DNA from: Macrostomum hystrix
Lineage: Eukaryota; Animalia; Platyhelminthes
NCBI GenBank assembly: GCA_950097015.1
Contig: CATNEN010000025.1
Span: 1,674,001-1,738,000 of the forward strand
Length of the DNA stretch: 64,000 bases
Reading direction: 5' to 3'
The position numbers and the translations under genes are program-made. Position 1 is the stretch's first letter, and the number at the start of each line of letters is the position of its first letter. The notes under the pieces are model-generated. The model had not been told where the DNA came from. It made no database searches and saw only the letters and a list, made by a program, of their open reading frames with translations. Shown here piece after piece: positions 33,060 to 46,553 of this stretch.

Positions 33060-35210
33060 AGAAAGAGAGTGTAGGGAGAAAGAGAGTGTAGGGAGAAAGA
33101 GAGTGTAGGGAGAAAGAGAGTGTAGGGAGAAAGAGAGTGTAGGGAGAAAGAGAGTGTAGGGAGAAAGAGAATGTAGGGAGAAAGAGAGTGTAGGGAGAAA
33201 GAGAGTGTAGGGAGAAAGAGAGTGTAGGGAGAAAGAGAGTGTAGGGAGAAAGAGAGTGTAGGGAGAAAGAGAGTGTAGGGAGAAAGAGAGTGTAGGGAGA
33301 AAGAGAGTGTAGGGAGAAAGAGAGTGTAGGGAGAAAGAGAGTGTAGGGAGAAAGAGAGTGTAGGGAGAAAGAGAGTGTAGGGAGAAAGAGAGTGTAGGGA
33401 GAAAGAGAGTGTAGGGAGAAAGAGAGTGTAGGGAGAAAGAGAGTGTAGGGAGAAAGAGAGTGTAGGGAGAAAGAGAGTGTAGGGAGAAAGAGAGTGTAGG
33501 GAGAAAGAGAGTGTAGGGAGAAAGAGAGTGTAGGGAGAAAGAGAGTGTAGGGAGAAAGAGAGTGTAGGGAGAAAGAGAGTGTAGGGAGAAAGAGAGTGTA
33601 GGGAGAAAGAGAGTGTAGGGAGAAAGAGAGTGTAGGGAGAAAGAGAGTGTAGGGAGAAAGAGAGTGTAGGGAGAAAGAGAGTGTAGGGCGAAAGAGAGTG
33701 TAGGGAGAAAGAGAATGTAGGGAGAAAGAGAGTGTAGGGAGAAAGAGAGTGTAGGGAGAAAGAGAGTGTAGGGAGAAAGAGAGTGTAGGGAGAAAGAGAG
33801 TGTAGGGAGAAAGAGAGTGTAGGGAGAAAGAGAGTGTAGGGAGAAAGAGAGTGTAGGGAGAAAGAGAGTGTAGGGAGAAAGAGAGTGTAGGGAGAAAGAG
33901 AGTGTAGGGAGAAAGAGAGTGTAGGGAGAAAGAGAGTGTAGGGAGAAAGAGAGTCTAGGGAGAAAGAGAGTGTAGGGAGAAAGAGAGTGTAGGGAGAAAG
34001 AGAATGTAGGGAGAAAGAGAGTGTAGGGAGAAAGAGAGTGTAGGGAGAAAGAGAGTGTAGGGAGAAAGAGAGTGTAGGGAGAAAGAGAGTGTAGGGAGAA
34101 AGAGAGTGTAGGGAGAAAGAGAGTGTAGGGAGAAAGAGAATGTAGGGAGAAAGAGAGTGTAGGGAGAAAGAGAGTGTAGGGAGAAAGAGAGTGTAGGGAG
34201 AAAGAGAGTGTAGGGAGAAAGAGAGTGTAGGGAGAAAGAGAGTGTAGGGAGAAAGAGAGTGTAGGGAGAAAGAGAGTGTAGGGAGAAAGAGAGTGTAGGG
34301 AGAAAGAGAGTGTAGGGAGAAAGAGAGTGTAGGGAGAAAGAGAGTGTAGGGAGAAAGAGAGTGTAGGGAGAAAGAGAGTGTAGGGAGAAAAAGAGTGTAG
34401 GGAGAAAGAGAGTGTAGGGAGAAAGAGAGTGTAGGGCGAAAGAGAGTGTAGGGAGAAAGAGAATGTAGGGAGAAAGAGAGTGTAGGGAGAAAGAGAGTGT
34501 AGGGAGAAAGAGAGTGTAGGGAGAAAGAGAATGTAGGGAGAAAGAGAGTCTAGGGAGAAAGAGATTTTAGGGAGAAAGAGAGTGTAGGGAGAAAGAGAGT
34601 GTAGGGAGAAAGAGAGTGTAGGGCGAAAGAGAGTGTAGGGAGAAAGAGAATGTAGGGAGAAAGAGAGTGTAGGGAGAAAGAGAATGTAGGGAGAAAGAGA
34701 GTGTAGGGAGAAAGAGAATGTAGGGAGAAAGAGAGTCTAGGGAGAAAGAGATTGTAGGGAGAAAGAGAGTGTAGGGAGAAAGAGAGTGTTGGGAGAAAGA
34801 GAGTGTAGGGAGAAAGATAGTGTAGGGAGAAAGAGAGTCTAGGGAGAAAGAGAGTGTAGGGAGAAAGAGAGTGTAGGGAGAAAGAGAGTGTAGGGAGAAA
34901 GAGAGTGTTGGGAGAAAGAGAGTGTAGGGAGAAAGAGAGTGTAGGGAGAAAGAGAGTGTAGGGAGAAAGAGAGTGTAGGGAGAAAGAGAGTGTAGGGAGA
35001 AAGAGAGTGTTGGGAGAAAGAGAGTGTAGGGAGAAAGAGAGTGTAGGGAGAAAGAGAGTGTAGGGAGAAAGAGAGTGTAGGGAGAAAGAGAGTGTAGGGA
35101 GAAAGAGAGTGTAGGGAGAAAGAGAGTGTAGGGAGAAAGAGAGTGTAGGGAGAAAGAGAGTGTAGGGAGAAAGAGAGTGTAGGGAGAAAGAGAGTGTAGG
35201 GAGAAAGAGA
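33060..35210. repeat. 17-bp purine-rich minisatellite, about 125 copies
   Basis: Unit GAGAGTGTAGGGAGAAA. Confidence 0.98.
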
Positions 35211-35687
35211 CTGGGGTAGAAAGAGAGAGTTGTGGGGGGAGAAAGATATTTGAGGAAGATTAAATTCAATCTAACTGAAAGCTGTATTAATTGACGAATA
35301 TAAGGAAAAGAAAATATTTGATAATTGCTTTAATGAAATAGCACTGAAATGGCAAATATGTTCCAGTCATAAAATCGGTGAGCACGTGAGCATGAACGTC
35401 AATTTCGATATTAACTTCATTTCCGATTGGCAGTGGAGCTTAGTCCAGGCGCATCCGCTTCTAAAAGAAGACGGTGCCACTCGACTAGCAGGGAACCGCA
35501 TCAACAGGATGGCTCAGGAAATTCGTTTCGCCAGTAACTCCGGGAGACGGTTGCGTAATCTCGTTTGACCATCGATTCCTCTGCTCATTGATCTGCTCAA
35601 CTAAGAAGTTCTGTGGTCTGGCAAACGTATCTCCCTCTGGATTCGCAGATAATGATAACGGGTACAGTGTAAACTAACCGAACTCAC

Positions 35688-35975
35688 GTTAGATCGACGG
35701 ACTCACGACATGAAGGTCAGGGGTTCGATTCCCGACCACTGGAACAATTCGTGTTCTTTAGCAAGACACTCAACTCCACATTGCTTCAGTTCACCCAGCT
35801 ATTAAATGGGTACCAGCATTAGCTGGGGTAGTTTAGAGTGGGTTTGCATTCCCCCCCCCAGTCCGTGGACTGAACAGCCGTACGCAGCTTTCAGATGCGC
35901 CGCGCAATAGCTGCGGCTGTGCTGTCGGCTGCACATCTGGCCCAATTTGGGAAATTTTAATAGATTATTAATCAA
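35688..35975 (+). mobile_element. CORE-type SINE (family 1), 5' slightly truncated
   Basis: B box GGTTCGATTCC and CORE segment; shares long identical stretches with 55775-56049 (e.g. AAATGGGTACCAGCATTAG, TGGACTGAACAGC). Confidence 0.8.
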
Positions 35976-36039
35976 TTTGAATAAACATTCACAGTGCCTT
36001 GCAGATGTTGGCATAATTTTCACTACGAAAAAATCTAAG

Positions 36040-36100
36040 GACTGTGACCTGGTAGTCAGATTCGAACTCAGGACCTCTGGAGTGTTAACTCTCCGCCCCT
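36040..36100 (-). mobile_element. Isolated tRNA-like SINE head fragment
   Basis: The minus strand has GAGGTCCTGAGTTCGAATCTG (B-box-like). Confidence 0.4.
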
Positions 36101-36827
36101 CACTTATTGATGAAAAATCTCAGTGGGAACCCCAGTAAATAGATGAGTTGAGGCAGAAGAGATTTTGGTCCATTGTCTTTCCTTGTCTGTGATTTCCCAG
36201 CGATAAAATGATTTGCGAGACTCCTACAATGCCTACCAACAATGATTGCCCCACATAGCAACCGGCGAGAATGAGTTGTTGCCGAATGAGAAAACTCATC
36301 GCGAACAGCAGAGGTATGCCCTTGCATAGCAATGCAAATCTAAGGGAAACCTATGTAAAGCAATGACAACTCTGATGGCTCGACAAGAAAGGTAGAGAAA
36401 AAACCTAACTGGGAATGATAATTGCAATTTTTAATTTCCTGTCTCCACCCGCTGCTGACTTTCCCCCAACTGGGAAACCCGACTGAGTCTGGAGCTGGTC
36501 TGCAACAACTTTCTTCCTTTCCCCTAGCTTATCTACAGCCACCCCCGGCTTGCTGGGGATAACTATGCGCATTAGGGGGAAGGGAAGACAAGTTTATAGC
36601 CACCAAACCTTCCCTAACCATCAGATTGCTCATCAGTAACTTGTTGCTGGGCATCTTTTTAGGTCGCCAAGCCTCTGCCAGGCCCATCCTTAAACTACTG
36701 CTCGCTGCTCAAAGCCTCTTAATCCTGATAGGATCTTAATCGACGCAGCTCGCAAAATGTCTCAAATTTAGTCCGTGCACTGATGGAGAAAGTGTTCACA
36801 GCTCTATGTAGATTCTTATTACTACTT

Positions 36828-37072
36828 TCTCATCCTGTCCCATCTCTCTCCTGTCCCATCTCTCTCCTGTCCCATCTCTCTCCTGTCCCATCTCTCTCCT
36901 ATCCCATCTCTCTCCAATCCCATCTCTCTCCTGTCCCATCTCTCTCCTATCCCATCTCTCTCCTGTCCCATCTCTCTCCAATCCCATCTCTCTCCTATCC
37001 CATCTCTCTCCAATCCCATCTCTCTCCTGTCTCATCTCTCTCCTGTCTCATCTCACTCCTGCCTCATCTCCC
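36828..37072. repeat. 16-bp pyrimidine-rich minisatellite
   Basis: Unit CCCATCTCTCTCCTGT. Confidence 0.94.
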
Positions 37073-37357
37073 TTAAGTCCCTCTGCCCCATAATCTTATT
37101 TCTTGCATATTATTCCAATCTTTAGAAGCAATTTCTACTTTATTATGCTTATCGGACCATATTTATCAGCCCGTGTTTCAATCCATAAACGATCCATCTG
37201 TCTCTTTTATCGGGTTTCGTAAAGAAATAATAAAAGTACTTTTAGACACTATTGGTACACTCGCCATAGCAAAGCAGTGACTCGGCTCCTACCATCGGTA
37301 TAGGCGGCCGAAAGCCTTGGTTTTCAGGTTTTTTTGCCTCTCGGCCTCCAACTTTTA

Positions 37358-37566
37358 CAGCCCCAGATCCTCCGATTCTTCAGGGTTTCTTCAGCTCAGT
37401 TCCTCCGATTCTTCAGGTCAGGTTTCTACAGCTCAGATCCTCCGATTCTTCAGGTCAGGTTTCTACAGCTCAGTTCCTCCGATACTTCAGGTCAGGTTTC
37501 TACAGCTCAGTTCCTCCGATTCTTCAGGTCAGGTTTCTACAGCTCAGATCCTCCGATTCTTCAGGG
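37358..37566. repeat. About 37-bp minisatellite, about 5 copies
   Basis: Unit TTTCTACAGCTCAGTTCCTCCGATTCTTCAGGTCAGG. Confidence 0.92.
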
Positions 37567-38189
37567 TTTCGGCGGCTGTTACCCGTTACACTGAGAAAGC
37601 TGCTATCTTGTACTCTTTGTAGTCAAATAGGGGGAAAATTGGTTTATTTTTAGTAAGAAAATTTGCGTCTGGGACTTGTGCGCGAATGATTTCGGGGTGG
37701 AGGGTGGGTATGGCTGACGATTGTTGCACTAGGTAAGCATCAGGTGCCTTCAAAATAAACAGCTCTCTACAGCAAAAGCAGAAGCAGGTTGTTCTGGCAC
37801 AAGAATTTCGCTGAGCACGTTTGAGATCATAGGAAATGTGTGTCGCACACGGCGGATAAAGGCACGTCAGGCCAAAAGAGGAACTCTTTGAGAATCTGAT
37901 CCCTATATTATACTGCGGATCTATTTAAAAAAAATCAGCCAACGTCCATTGCTTTTCAGGCTGGAAAATATTTTTGTATTCTCCAAAAGAGTCTGAATTA
38001 CTTCTGGAAATGACTGCACTTATTTAGCCGAGTAAATGGACAGTGTGTAAGTATCCATTACATCATAATGGCTCGGGTTATTCTAAGAAAAATACACAAA
38101 TAGTCGGAGCGCAGAAGAGAACTGAACTTTGAGAAAAATAGAACCAGAAGGAACGATAAAATTAGTTGAGGGTAGATCGATAGAATGAG

Positions 38190-38700
38190 AAGGGGTAGAA
38201 CTAGAAAATCTGTAGGGGTAGAACTAGAGAATCAGTAGGGGTAGAACTAGAAAATCTGTAGGGGTAGAACTAGAGAATCAGTTCGGGGTAGAACTAGAGA
38301 GTCAGTAGGGGGTAGAACTAAAGAGTCAGTAGGGGGTAGAACTAGAGAGTCAGTTCGGGGTAGAACTAGAGAGTCAGTTCGGGGTAGAACTAGAGAGTCA
38401 GTTCGGGGTAGAACTAGAGAGTCAGTAGGGGGTAGAACAAGAGAGTCAGTAGGGGGTAGAACTAGAGAGTCAGTAGGGGGTAGAACTAGAGAGTCAGTTC
38501 GGGGTAGAACTAGAGAGTCAGTAGGGGGTAGAACTAAAGAGTCAGTAGGGGGTAGAACTAAAGAGTCAGTAGGGGGTAGAACTAGAGAGTCTGTAGGGGT
38601 AGAACTAAAGAGTCAGTAGGGGGTAGAACTAAAGAGTCAGTAGGGGTAGAACTAGAGAGTCAGTAGGGGGGCAGAACGATAGAATCAGGAAGAGTAGAAA
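38190..38700. repeat. 22-23-bp minisatellite
   Basis: Unit GGGGTAGAACTAGAGAGTCAGTA. Confidence 0.94.
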
Positions 38701-39524
38701 GATAGAATCAGAAGAGGTACAAAGATAGAAGCAGAATGGTATCGTGGAAAAAACTGAGACGCGGTCAAGTCAAGAAGTTAAACAGACCGTGCTTTTGAGC
38801 ACTGCTCAATAGCCGTGTAGACGCTAATCAAATGCAAATATTGTGGCCCGGTTGACAGATGACGAACCATTTCAGGCCTTGGTATAAATTACATTACAGT
38901 AAAAGGCCCACAGATTTCTTTATTATTATAATAACCATTATTAATATTATTGCCCCGGGGCATCAAATTTCCAAGTTTGGCAAGTGATTGGAGAGCACAG
39001 CCAGGGGGGGGTTAGCTAGAAGCAGTTTTCAGGGCTTATTACATTTCCCTATTTATCCTGATATCGGCATGCAAGCAGCGAGAAGCCACACGCTGGCTAT
39101 TTGCTCTGGCTCGGATTAGTGGGTCAGGACAGAAACTTCTAGACAGGATTGGCGCATTAAGGTATGCAAATAACAGGCCTAAATACCGCCTCTGTTATAC
39201 CGCTAATTGGCCAGCTCATTGTGGGAGGGGAGTCACCCTGCCTGTTCAGTCTGTTTGGCGCGTGTGTGATGTCATCTGATATGGCCACAAACGGTCATCG
39301 AAACACACTGGTCATAGTCCGACTGACTTTTCAGCGCATGTTCTCTGCGCTAGCTTTGTTTATATATCTGTTTGTTCGTTTGAGTTCACTTTCTGTTGGA
39401 GTCGCTTTTTTCTTCTTGTTATGCTTTGAGCCCGTTCTCCTGCTTTCAGTGATGCTACCACTAGCTGTATTGCATAGGGCTGCATTTACTTCCAAACATG
39501 ACCTTCATTGTTCCACTCTCACCT

Positions 39525-40512
39525 CTGTCTCACTCTCTCCACCCTCCCCTCTCTCTCCACTCTCCTGTCTATCTCCACTCTCCCCTCTCTCTCCACTCTC
39601 CTGTCTATCTCCACTCTCCCCTCTCTCTCCACTCTCCTGTCTATCTCCACTCTCCCCTCTCTCTCCACTCTCCTGTCTATCTCCACTCTCCCCTCTCTCT
39701 CCACTCTCCTGTCTATCTCCACTCTCCCCTCTCTCTCCACTCTCCTGTCTATCTCCACTCTCCCCTCTCTCTCCACTCTCCTGTCTATCTCCACTCTCCC
39801 CTCTCTCTCCACTCTCCTGTCTATCTCCACTCTCCCCTCTCTCTCCACTCTCCTGTCTATCTCCACTCTCCCCTCTCTCTCCACTCTCCTGTCTATCTCC
39901 ACTCTCCCCTCTCTCTCCACTCTCCTGTCTATCTCCACTCTCCCCTCTCTCTCCACTCTCCTGTCTATCTCCACTCTCCCCTCTCTCTCCACTCTCCTGT
40001 CTATCTCCACTCTCCTGTCTATCTCCACTCTCCCCTCTCTCTCCACTCTCCTGTCTATCTCCACTCTCCCCTCTCTCTCCACTCTCCTGTCTATCTCCAC
40101 TCTCCCCTCTCTCTCCACTCTCCTGTCTATCTCCACTCTCCCCTCTCTCTCCACTCTCCTGTCTATCTCCACTCTCCCCTCTCTCTCCACTCTCCTGTCT
40201 ATCTCCACTCTCCCCTCTATCTCCACCCTCCCCTCTCTCTCCACTCTCCCCTCTATCTCCACTCTCCCCTCTCTCTCCACTCTCCTGTCTATCTCCACTC
40301 TCCCCTCTCTCTCCACTCTCCTGTCTATCTCCACTCTCCCCTCTCTCTCCACTCTCCTGTCTATCTCCACTCTCCCCTCTCTCTCCACTCTCCTGTCTAT
40401 CTCCACTCTCCCCTCTCTCTCCACTCTCCTGTCTATCTCCACTCTCCCCTCTATCTCCACCCTCCCCTCTCTCTCCACTCTCCCCTCTATCTCCACTCTC
40501 CCCTCTCTCTCT
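39525..40512. repeat. 36-bp pyrimidine-rich minisatellite
   Basis: Unit CTCCTGTCTATCTCCACTCTCCCCTCTCTCTCCACT. Confidence 0.96.
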
Positions 40513-41269
40513 TCCAAACATAATTCTCGCAAACATAATTCTCCCACTTAAATTTTCCCGTCCCCCCCTCGCTCCAGCTTTAATGAAGATAGCTATCTGA
40601 TGATATTATAATAAACTCGATTCTACTTGTCTATCCTCCCAGCAGCTTCAATCGTCTTCCATTTTCGAGGCCAATCGGCTCAAATCTTCATTTTCCCATT
40701 CTCTCTCTCTCTTTCTCAGACTTGGCTTGTTATTATTAAGTTGCGCAAGCAGCAGACAGCCTTCGTCACCTTTCTCTTGAGCTGGCGCTCCACTCCATTC
40801 TCAGTCGGTCAGCTGATAAGAATTGATTTTGCCATCTTTTGTAAACCCACTATTCGATTCCAGTAATCAGAGTCTGGCGAGTTTGCCATGGCGAAGGCCT
40901 TCAAAGGTGTCAGTCCGCGATAGAACTCAAAAACTGTCTCTTAGCCCCAGGTGTCGTCAGGGGGGCAGAAATTACGTCACCCAACAAATTTCTCACGGTT
41001 TCGCTAAGTCCTCCTCTTTGGGGATGCAACCAATTTCTCCACCGCTAGGCTTTGCTGAAGAAAATAAGTGTACAGTATTTGCAAATCAACTGAAGCGCGA
41101 ATAAGTGGTTCATTGTTGCAGAAACCAAGCCGAATTGCAAGTCTAGATGCATGAAAACTTTGCGAAAAATGAAACTTTTCTAGTTATTTCATATAGTAGA
41201 TAACTGAGACAACTGAATGCGAAGGAAAACATAATTCTGCGCTGCTAGTGGCACTGACCGACCTGGAAT

Positions 41270-41940
41270 GGTAAGGGAGAGTGTGAGAGAGGCAGGAGGC
41301 AGGGAGAGTGACAGATAGCCAGGAAGAGTGACAGATAGGTAGGGAGAGTGAAAAAGGTAGGGAGAGTGAAAAAGGTCCGGAGAGTCTAGGAGAGGCGGGG
41401 AGAGTGACAGATAGGCAGGAAGAGTGACAGATAGGCAGGGAGAGTGACAGATAGGCAGGAAGAGTGTATGAGAGGCGGGGAGAGCGACTGATCGGCAGGG
41501 AGAGTGACAGATAGGCAGGGAGAGTGACAGATAGGCAGGGAGAGTGACAGATAGGCAGGGAGAGTGACAGATAGGCAGGGAGAGTGACAGATAGGCAGGG
41601 AGAGTGACAGATAGGTAGGGAGAGTGAAAAAGGTAGGGAGAGTGAAAAAGGTACGGAGAGTCTAGGAGAGGCGGGGAGAGTGACAGATAGGCAGGGAGAG
41701 TGACCGATAGGCAGGAAGAGTGTAGGAGAGGCGGGGAGAGCGTCTGATCGGCAGGGAGAGTGACAGATAGGCAGGGAGAGTGACAGATAGGCAGGGAGAG
41801 TGACAGATAGGCAGTGAGAGTGACAGATAGGCAGGGAGAGTGACAGATAGGAAGGGAGAGTGACAGATAGGCAGGGAGAGTGACAGATAGGCAGGGAGAG
41901 TGACAGATAGGCAGGGAGAGTGACAGATAGGCAGGGAGAG
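41270..41940. repeat. 20-bp purine-rich minisatellite
   Basis: Unit GGGAGAGTGACAGATAGGCA. Confidence 0.95.
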
Positions 41941-43699
41941 AAAGCGAGTTACAGGCGGGCATTGTGAGGCATAGAGGCACGGAGACATGAAGATGCAGTT
42001 AGAACAAGAAGGGAGGCAGACCAACTGTAAGTAGTGATAGGCATATGGAGATAGGCAGAGAAATGATTCGCATTTGAGATAATTCAAACTGAACGCTAAC
42101 GAGCCTTTGTAAGTAAAGAAGGTGGGACAGAATCAAGAAAAAGACTGCAATGATAAAAAACAGAGTGAAACTGAGATTGCAGGCTTGATACATTGATAAG
42201 GAAAGGAATTAGTCAGGACTGGAGAAGCATTTGGTGTCGAGTTGCCACTTCTCCCATGCTCGGGGCTCTTTTTAAACAAATTCTTTAGACTAAACTCAGT
42301 GAAATCTCGAACACAGGTTACATCACTCACAACTCAACGTGTTGGAGAGAAAGATAGAGAGAATGAGAAGAGGGATGTTAATTAGTTCTGAAAGATTCAA
42401 ACGAAATCGTACTCGCGGCATCTACCAAGCCTAAGGACTGTTCGCTAAAATACCGACCAAACATTTCTTTCTGGGAATATAGCGCGAGCTGCCAATCAAT
42501 CATCTGTTTAGTGCGGAACGCGAGAACAACACAATGCTCTCGGCAGCTACTAGATTTGAGCATTAGTTAAAAATCAATTTCTAAAAATGAGCATCTTAGT
42601 TACAAACGATCTATTGCTGTATCTGAAAGCGGAAATATTAATTTGAAAATATAGAGACCAAAATTTACCTGTCAATCTTGGCGATCTTGCCGGAGCAGTA
42701 AACTATGAGCTTCCTATAGTTATAGCTGTGAATTAGAGTTGAACAAGTATTGGCTTGGGACTTATTCTCCGTATCCAAGGCCGATAGGATCAATAAAACG
42801 ATGGAGATCTGTGGTTGCGGCTTGATACTTCAATTGGTTAACAATAAGTTTGCAAAGAATCGCAGCCAACAACAACAATGAATGGCGTCAGGCGCAATTG
42901 ATGATTTGAAAGGCTGTGTATATAGTTTCTGTGTGCTGCGTGACAGCATGAATAAGCTGTACTGGGGCTAGCTGCACACTCATTGGTTCATTCTGCAGGA
43001 GCTGATTCGTCTCATTTCTCCATCGCCCTAGCCAATCCGATTGCTCGCCTTTGATTTGCCAAGGCTTTACCTCTGCGCATCGCATCGCGGTATTGGCGCA
43101 ATCGATTGTGAAAGGTGCGAGATAATCTTCTAAAAAAACAACAGAAAAACACGGCCAGGCATCGCTTAATAGCCTGTGCTCAAGATTTAGTGGGAAGATA
43201 AGTAATCTTAACACCCTACCAGACAGCTTAGAAACTTTCTAGTGGATCCTGTACACACACGTATCCAGGAGGACGAGAAGCACTCACTCAGGAAGAGAAC
43301 AACATGCCGAGCAGAACTGAGGAATAGAATAGACGGGAGGACATGGGGAGCAATGTGCCAGTCACACTTCATTATTTATCCGCCTCTTGGGGAGTTTGGC
43401 TAGGGTAAGGGCTTCACAGAGGATTTGAGCTGAGAGGCCATGCAGCAGCAGCTCTGATTTAATTGATTCCTGACCGCGGAAGGGTGGAGTCCTGGCTCGG
43501 GATTTCTGGCGATGTGACGATTTTTCCCCATGCTAGGAAAGAACATGTTGATTGTATTGAGCATAGAAAAAAGATAGATTCAAGAAGAAAACTCTGCGAC
43601 ATCCAGGTTCAAATGTCACTTTTTGCTGCACGCCTTTGAAGAATAAGTTATGGAATTGGTTTCTTGGAAAGCATAAGATTACTGAATGTTTTCTTTACA

Positions 43700-43859
43700 A
43701 CAGCTGCCTTAACAAAAGTCAACTATAGCTTGACTTAATGACTGCGGTATTAAATGTCTTGTTCAAGGATACAACGTTTTTTTTCTGTAGGCTGCGATTC
43801 GAACTTGCGACCTCTAGGTTAAAAGCCCGACGCTTTAACCACTGAGCTACAGACTCCCT
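43700..43859 (-). mobile_element. Diverged CORE-type SINE with tRNA-Lys-like head
   Basis: The minus strand reads GTAGCTCAGTGGTTAAAGCGTCGGGCTTTTAACCTAGAGGTCGCAAGTTCGAATC, followed by GTATCCTTGAACAAGACATTTA (CORE 5' part). Confidence 0.65.
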
Positions 43860-44177
43860 AGTCCTTTAGTCTCGAGATGGTTCCCGAAATCTTCTCTCAT
43901 TTCCAGATCCCTAAACTAGGCTGTCAATCAACAGTGCTTCGCCTCCGTGCTCATTTGCAGCTCTTTCTAGTTGTAATTAAAAATATTTACAAATCTTCGC
44001 GTGATAATCCATCACTTGCAATGCTGGTTGCTACAGTGGGAATCTGCATTCATATAGCAGAGTGATATTGTGGCGACCCGTTCAATTGCAACTGCAACTA
44101 AAATACCCTGACAACCAGTCATCATTCATGTGTGATGCTGACACTTTAATAAAACTGAGCATTGCTTTACTTGCCAT

Positions 44178-46030
44178 CCAGCTGACACTTCAGTGCCTCA
44201 GCTGCATTCCATCTGACACTTCAGTGCCTCAGCTGCATTCCATCTGACACTTCAGTGCCTCAGCTGCATTCCATCTGGCACTTCAGCACCTCAGCTGCAT
44301 TCCATCTGACACTTCAGTACCTCAGCTGCATTCCATCTGACACTTCAGTGCCTCAGCTGCATTCCATCTGACACTTCAGTGCCTCAGCTGCATTCCATCT
44401 GACACTTCAGTGCCTCAGCTGCATTCCATCTGACACTTCAGTGCCTCAGCTGCATTCTATCTGACACTTCAGTGCCTCAGCTGTATTCCATCTGACACTT
44501 CAGTACCTCAGCTGCATTCCATCTGACACTTCAGTGCCTCAGCTGCATTCCATCTGACACTTCAGTGCCTCAGCTGCATTCCATCTGACACTTCAGTGCC
44601 TCAGCTGCATTCCATCTGACACTTCAGTGCCTCAGCTGCATTCCATCTGACACTTCAGTGCCTCAGCTGCATTCTATCTGACACTTCAGTGCCTCAGCTG
44701 CATTCCATCTGACACTTCAGTACCTCAGCTGCATTCCATCTGACACTTCAGTGCCTCAGCTGCATTCCATCTGGCACTTCAGCACCTCAGCTGCATTCCA
44801 TCTGGCACTTCAGCACCTCAGCTGCATTCCATCTGGCACTTCAGCACCTCAGCTGCATTCCATCTGGCACTTCAGTGCCTCAGCTGCATTCCATCTGACA
44901 CTTCAGTGCCTCAGCTGCATTCCATCTGACACTTCAGTGCCTCAGCTGCATTCTATCTGACACTTCAGTGCCTCAGCTGCATTCCATCTGACACTTCAGT
45001 GCCTCAGCTGCATTCCATCTGACACTTCAGTGCCTCAGCTGCATTCCATCTGACACTTCAGTGCCTCAGCTGCATTCCATCTGACACTTCAGTGCCTCAG
45101 CTGCATTCCATCTGACACTTCAGTGCCTCAGCTGCATTCTATCTGACACTTCAGTGCCTCAGCTGCATTCCATCTGACACTTCAGTACCTCAGCTGCATT
45201 CCATCTGACACTTCAGTGCCTCAGCTGCATTCCATCTGGCACTTCAGCACCTCAGCTGCATTCCATCTGGCACTTCAGCACCTCAGCTGCATTCCATCTG
45301 ACACTTCAGTGCCTCAGCTGCATTCCATCTGACACTTCAGTGCCTCAGCTGCATTCTATCTGACACTTCAGTGCCTCAGCTGCATTCTATCTGACACTTC
45401 AGTGCCTCAGCTGCATTCCATCTGGCACTTCAGCACCTCAGCTGCATTCCATCTGACACTTCAGCACCTCAGCTGCATTCCATCTGACACTTCAGCACCT
45501 CAGCTGCATTCCATCTGGCACTTCAGCACCTCAGCTGCATTCCATCTGGCACTTCAGCACCTCAGCTGCATTCCATCTGACACTTCAGTGCCTCAGCTGC
45601 ATTCTATCTGACACTTCAGTGCCTCAGCTGCATTCCATCTGGCACTTCAGCACCTCAGCTGCATTCCATCTGACACTTCAGTGCCTCAGCTGCATTCCAT
45701 CTGACACTTCAGTGCCTCAGCTGCATTCCATCTGACACTTCAGCACCTCAGCTGCATTCCATCTGGCACTTCAGTGCCTCAGCTGCATTCCATCTGGCAC
45801 TTCAGTGCCTCAGCTGCATTCTATCTGACACTTCAGCACCTCAGCTGCATTCCATCTGGCACTTCAGCACCTCAGCTGCATTCCATCTGGCACTTCAGCA
45901 CCTCAGCTGCATTCCATCTGACACTTCAGTGCCTCAGCTGCATTCCATCTGGCACTTCAGTGCCTCAGCTGCATTCCATCTGGCACTTCAGCACCTCAGC
46001 TGCATTCCATCTGACACTTCAGCACCTCAG
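44178..46030. repeat. 31-bp minisatellite, about 60 copies
   Basis: Unit TGACACTTCAGTGCCTCAGCTGCATTCCATC, with a TGGCACTTCAGCACC variant. Confidence 0.97.
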
Positions 46031-46507
46031 ATGCGAATTCTCCTGAACTCTTATGAATTAGGCAGCTAGACTTGCTGATTGAATAGCACTTTTGTTTTAA
46101 AACGGGCATCCCAGTGCAAAGTCTCTTAACCCAGCACTTCCTAATATTTGAGAAGCCAACAAGTTCAATTTCCGCATGGGACTCATCTCTACCCCGAAGC
46201 CAAAGTCTAGTTTGAGTCCTAATTGAATTATTTCAGCGCCTACCAAGATCCGTTGAGGGCAACTTACTTAAAGGTCGCGAGTTCGCTCCCCCAAAATTCT
46301 GTCCCCACACTCTGAGGTCGCTGTTGTTGTGCTATCGATTTCCCCAGCCGTGAGGATTTTGAGCCGCTTGGCGAGAATTCCTAGTTAATAAAACAGGCTT
46401 TGCACTTCGTACTTAGTTCTTTTTTTCGTAAAAAAAGCGTGCTTGACAGCATCAAAAGCACTTGATTGACTGCACAGCAAATGAGGCGCCGTTTCACCCT
46501 CCGCCCT

Positions 46508-46510
<3 letters not shown>

Positions 46511-46548
<38 letters not shown>
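46511..46548. repeat. (CT)n microsatellite
   Basis: About 18 uninterrupted CT units. Confidence 0.95.

Positions 46549-46553
<5 letters not shown>

Noticed and set aside
35485-35636. Possible minus-strand terminal exon (GDTFARPQNFLVEQINEQRNRW...)
   Set aside because: Only 50 codons, with lower GC than the real exons and no compatible upstream exon identified.
42888-43135. Possible minus-strand exon behind a strong pyrimidine tract
   Set aside because: No recognisable motif or partner exon.
43784-43859. Functional tRNA-Lys(TTT) gene on the minus strand
   Set aside because: The anticodon and T stems pair poorly and a CORE segment follows, so it is a SINE head.
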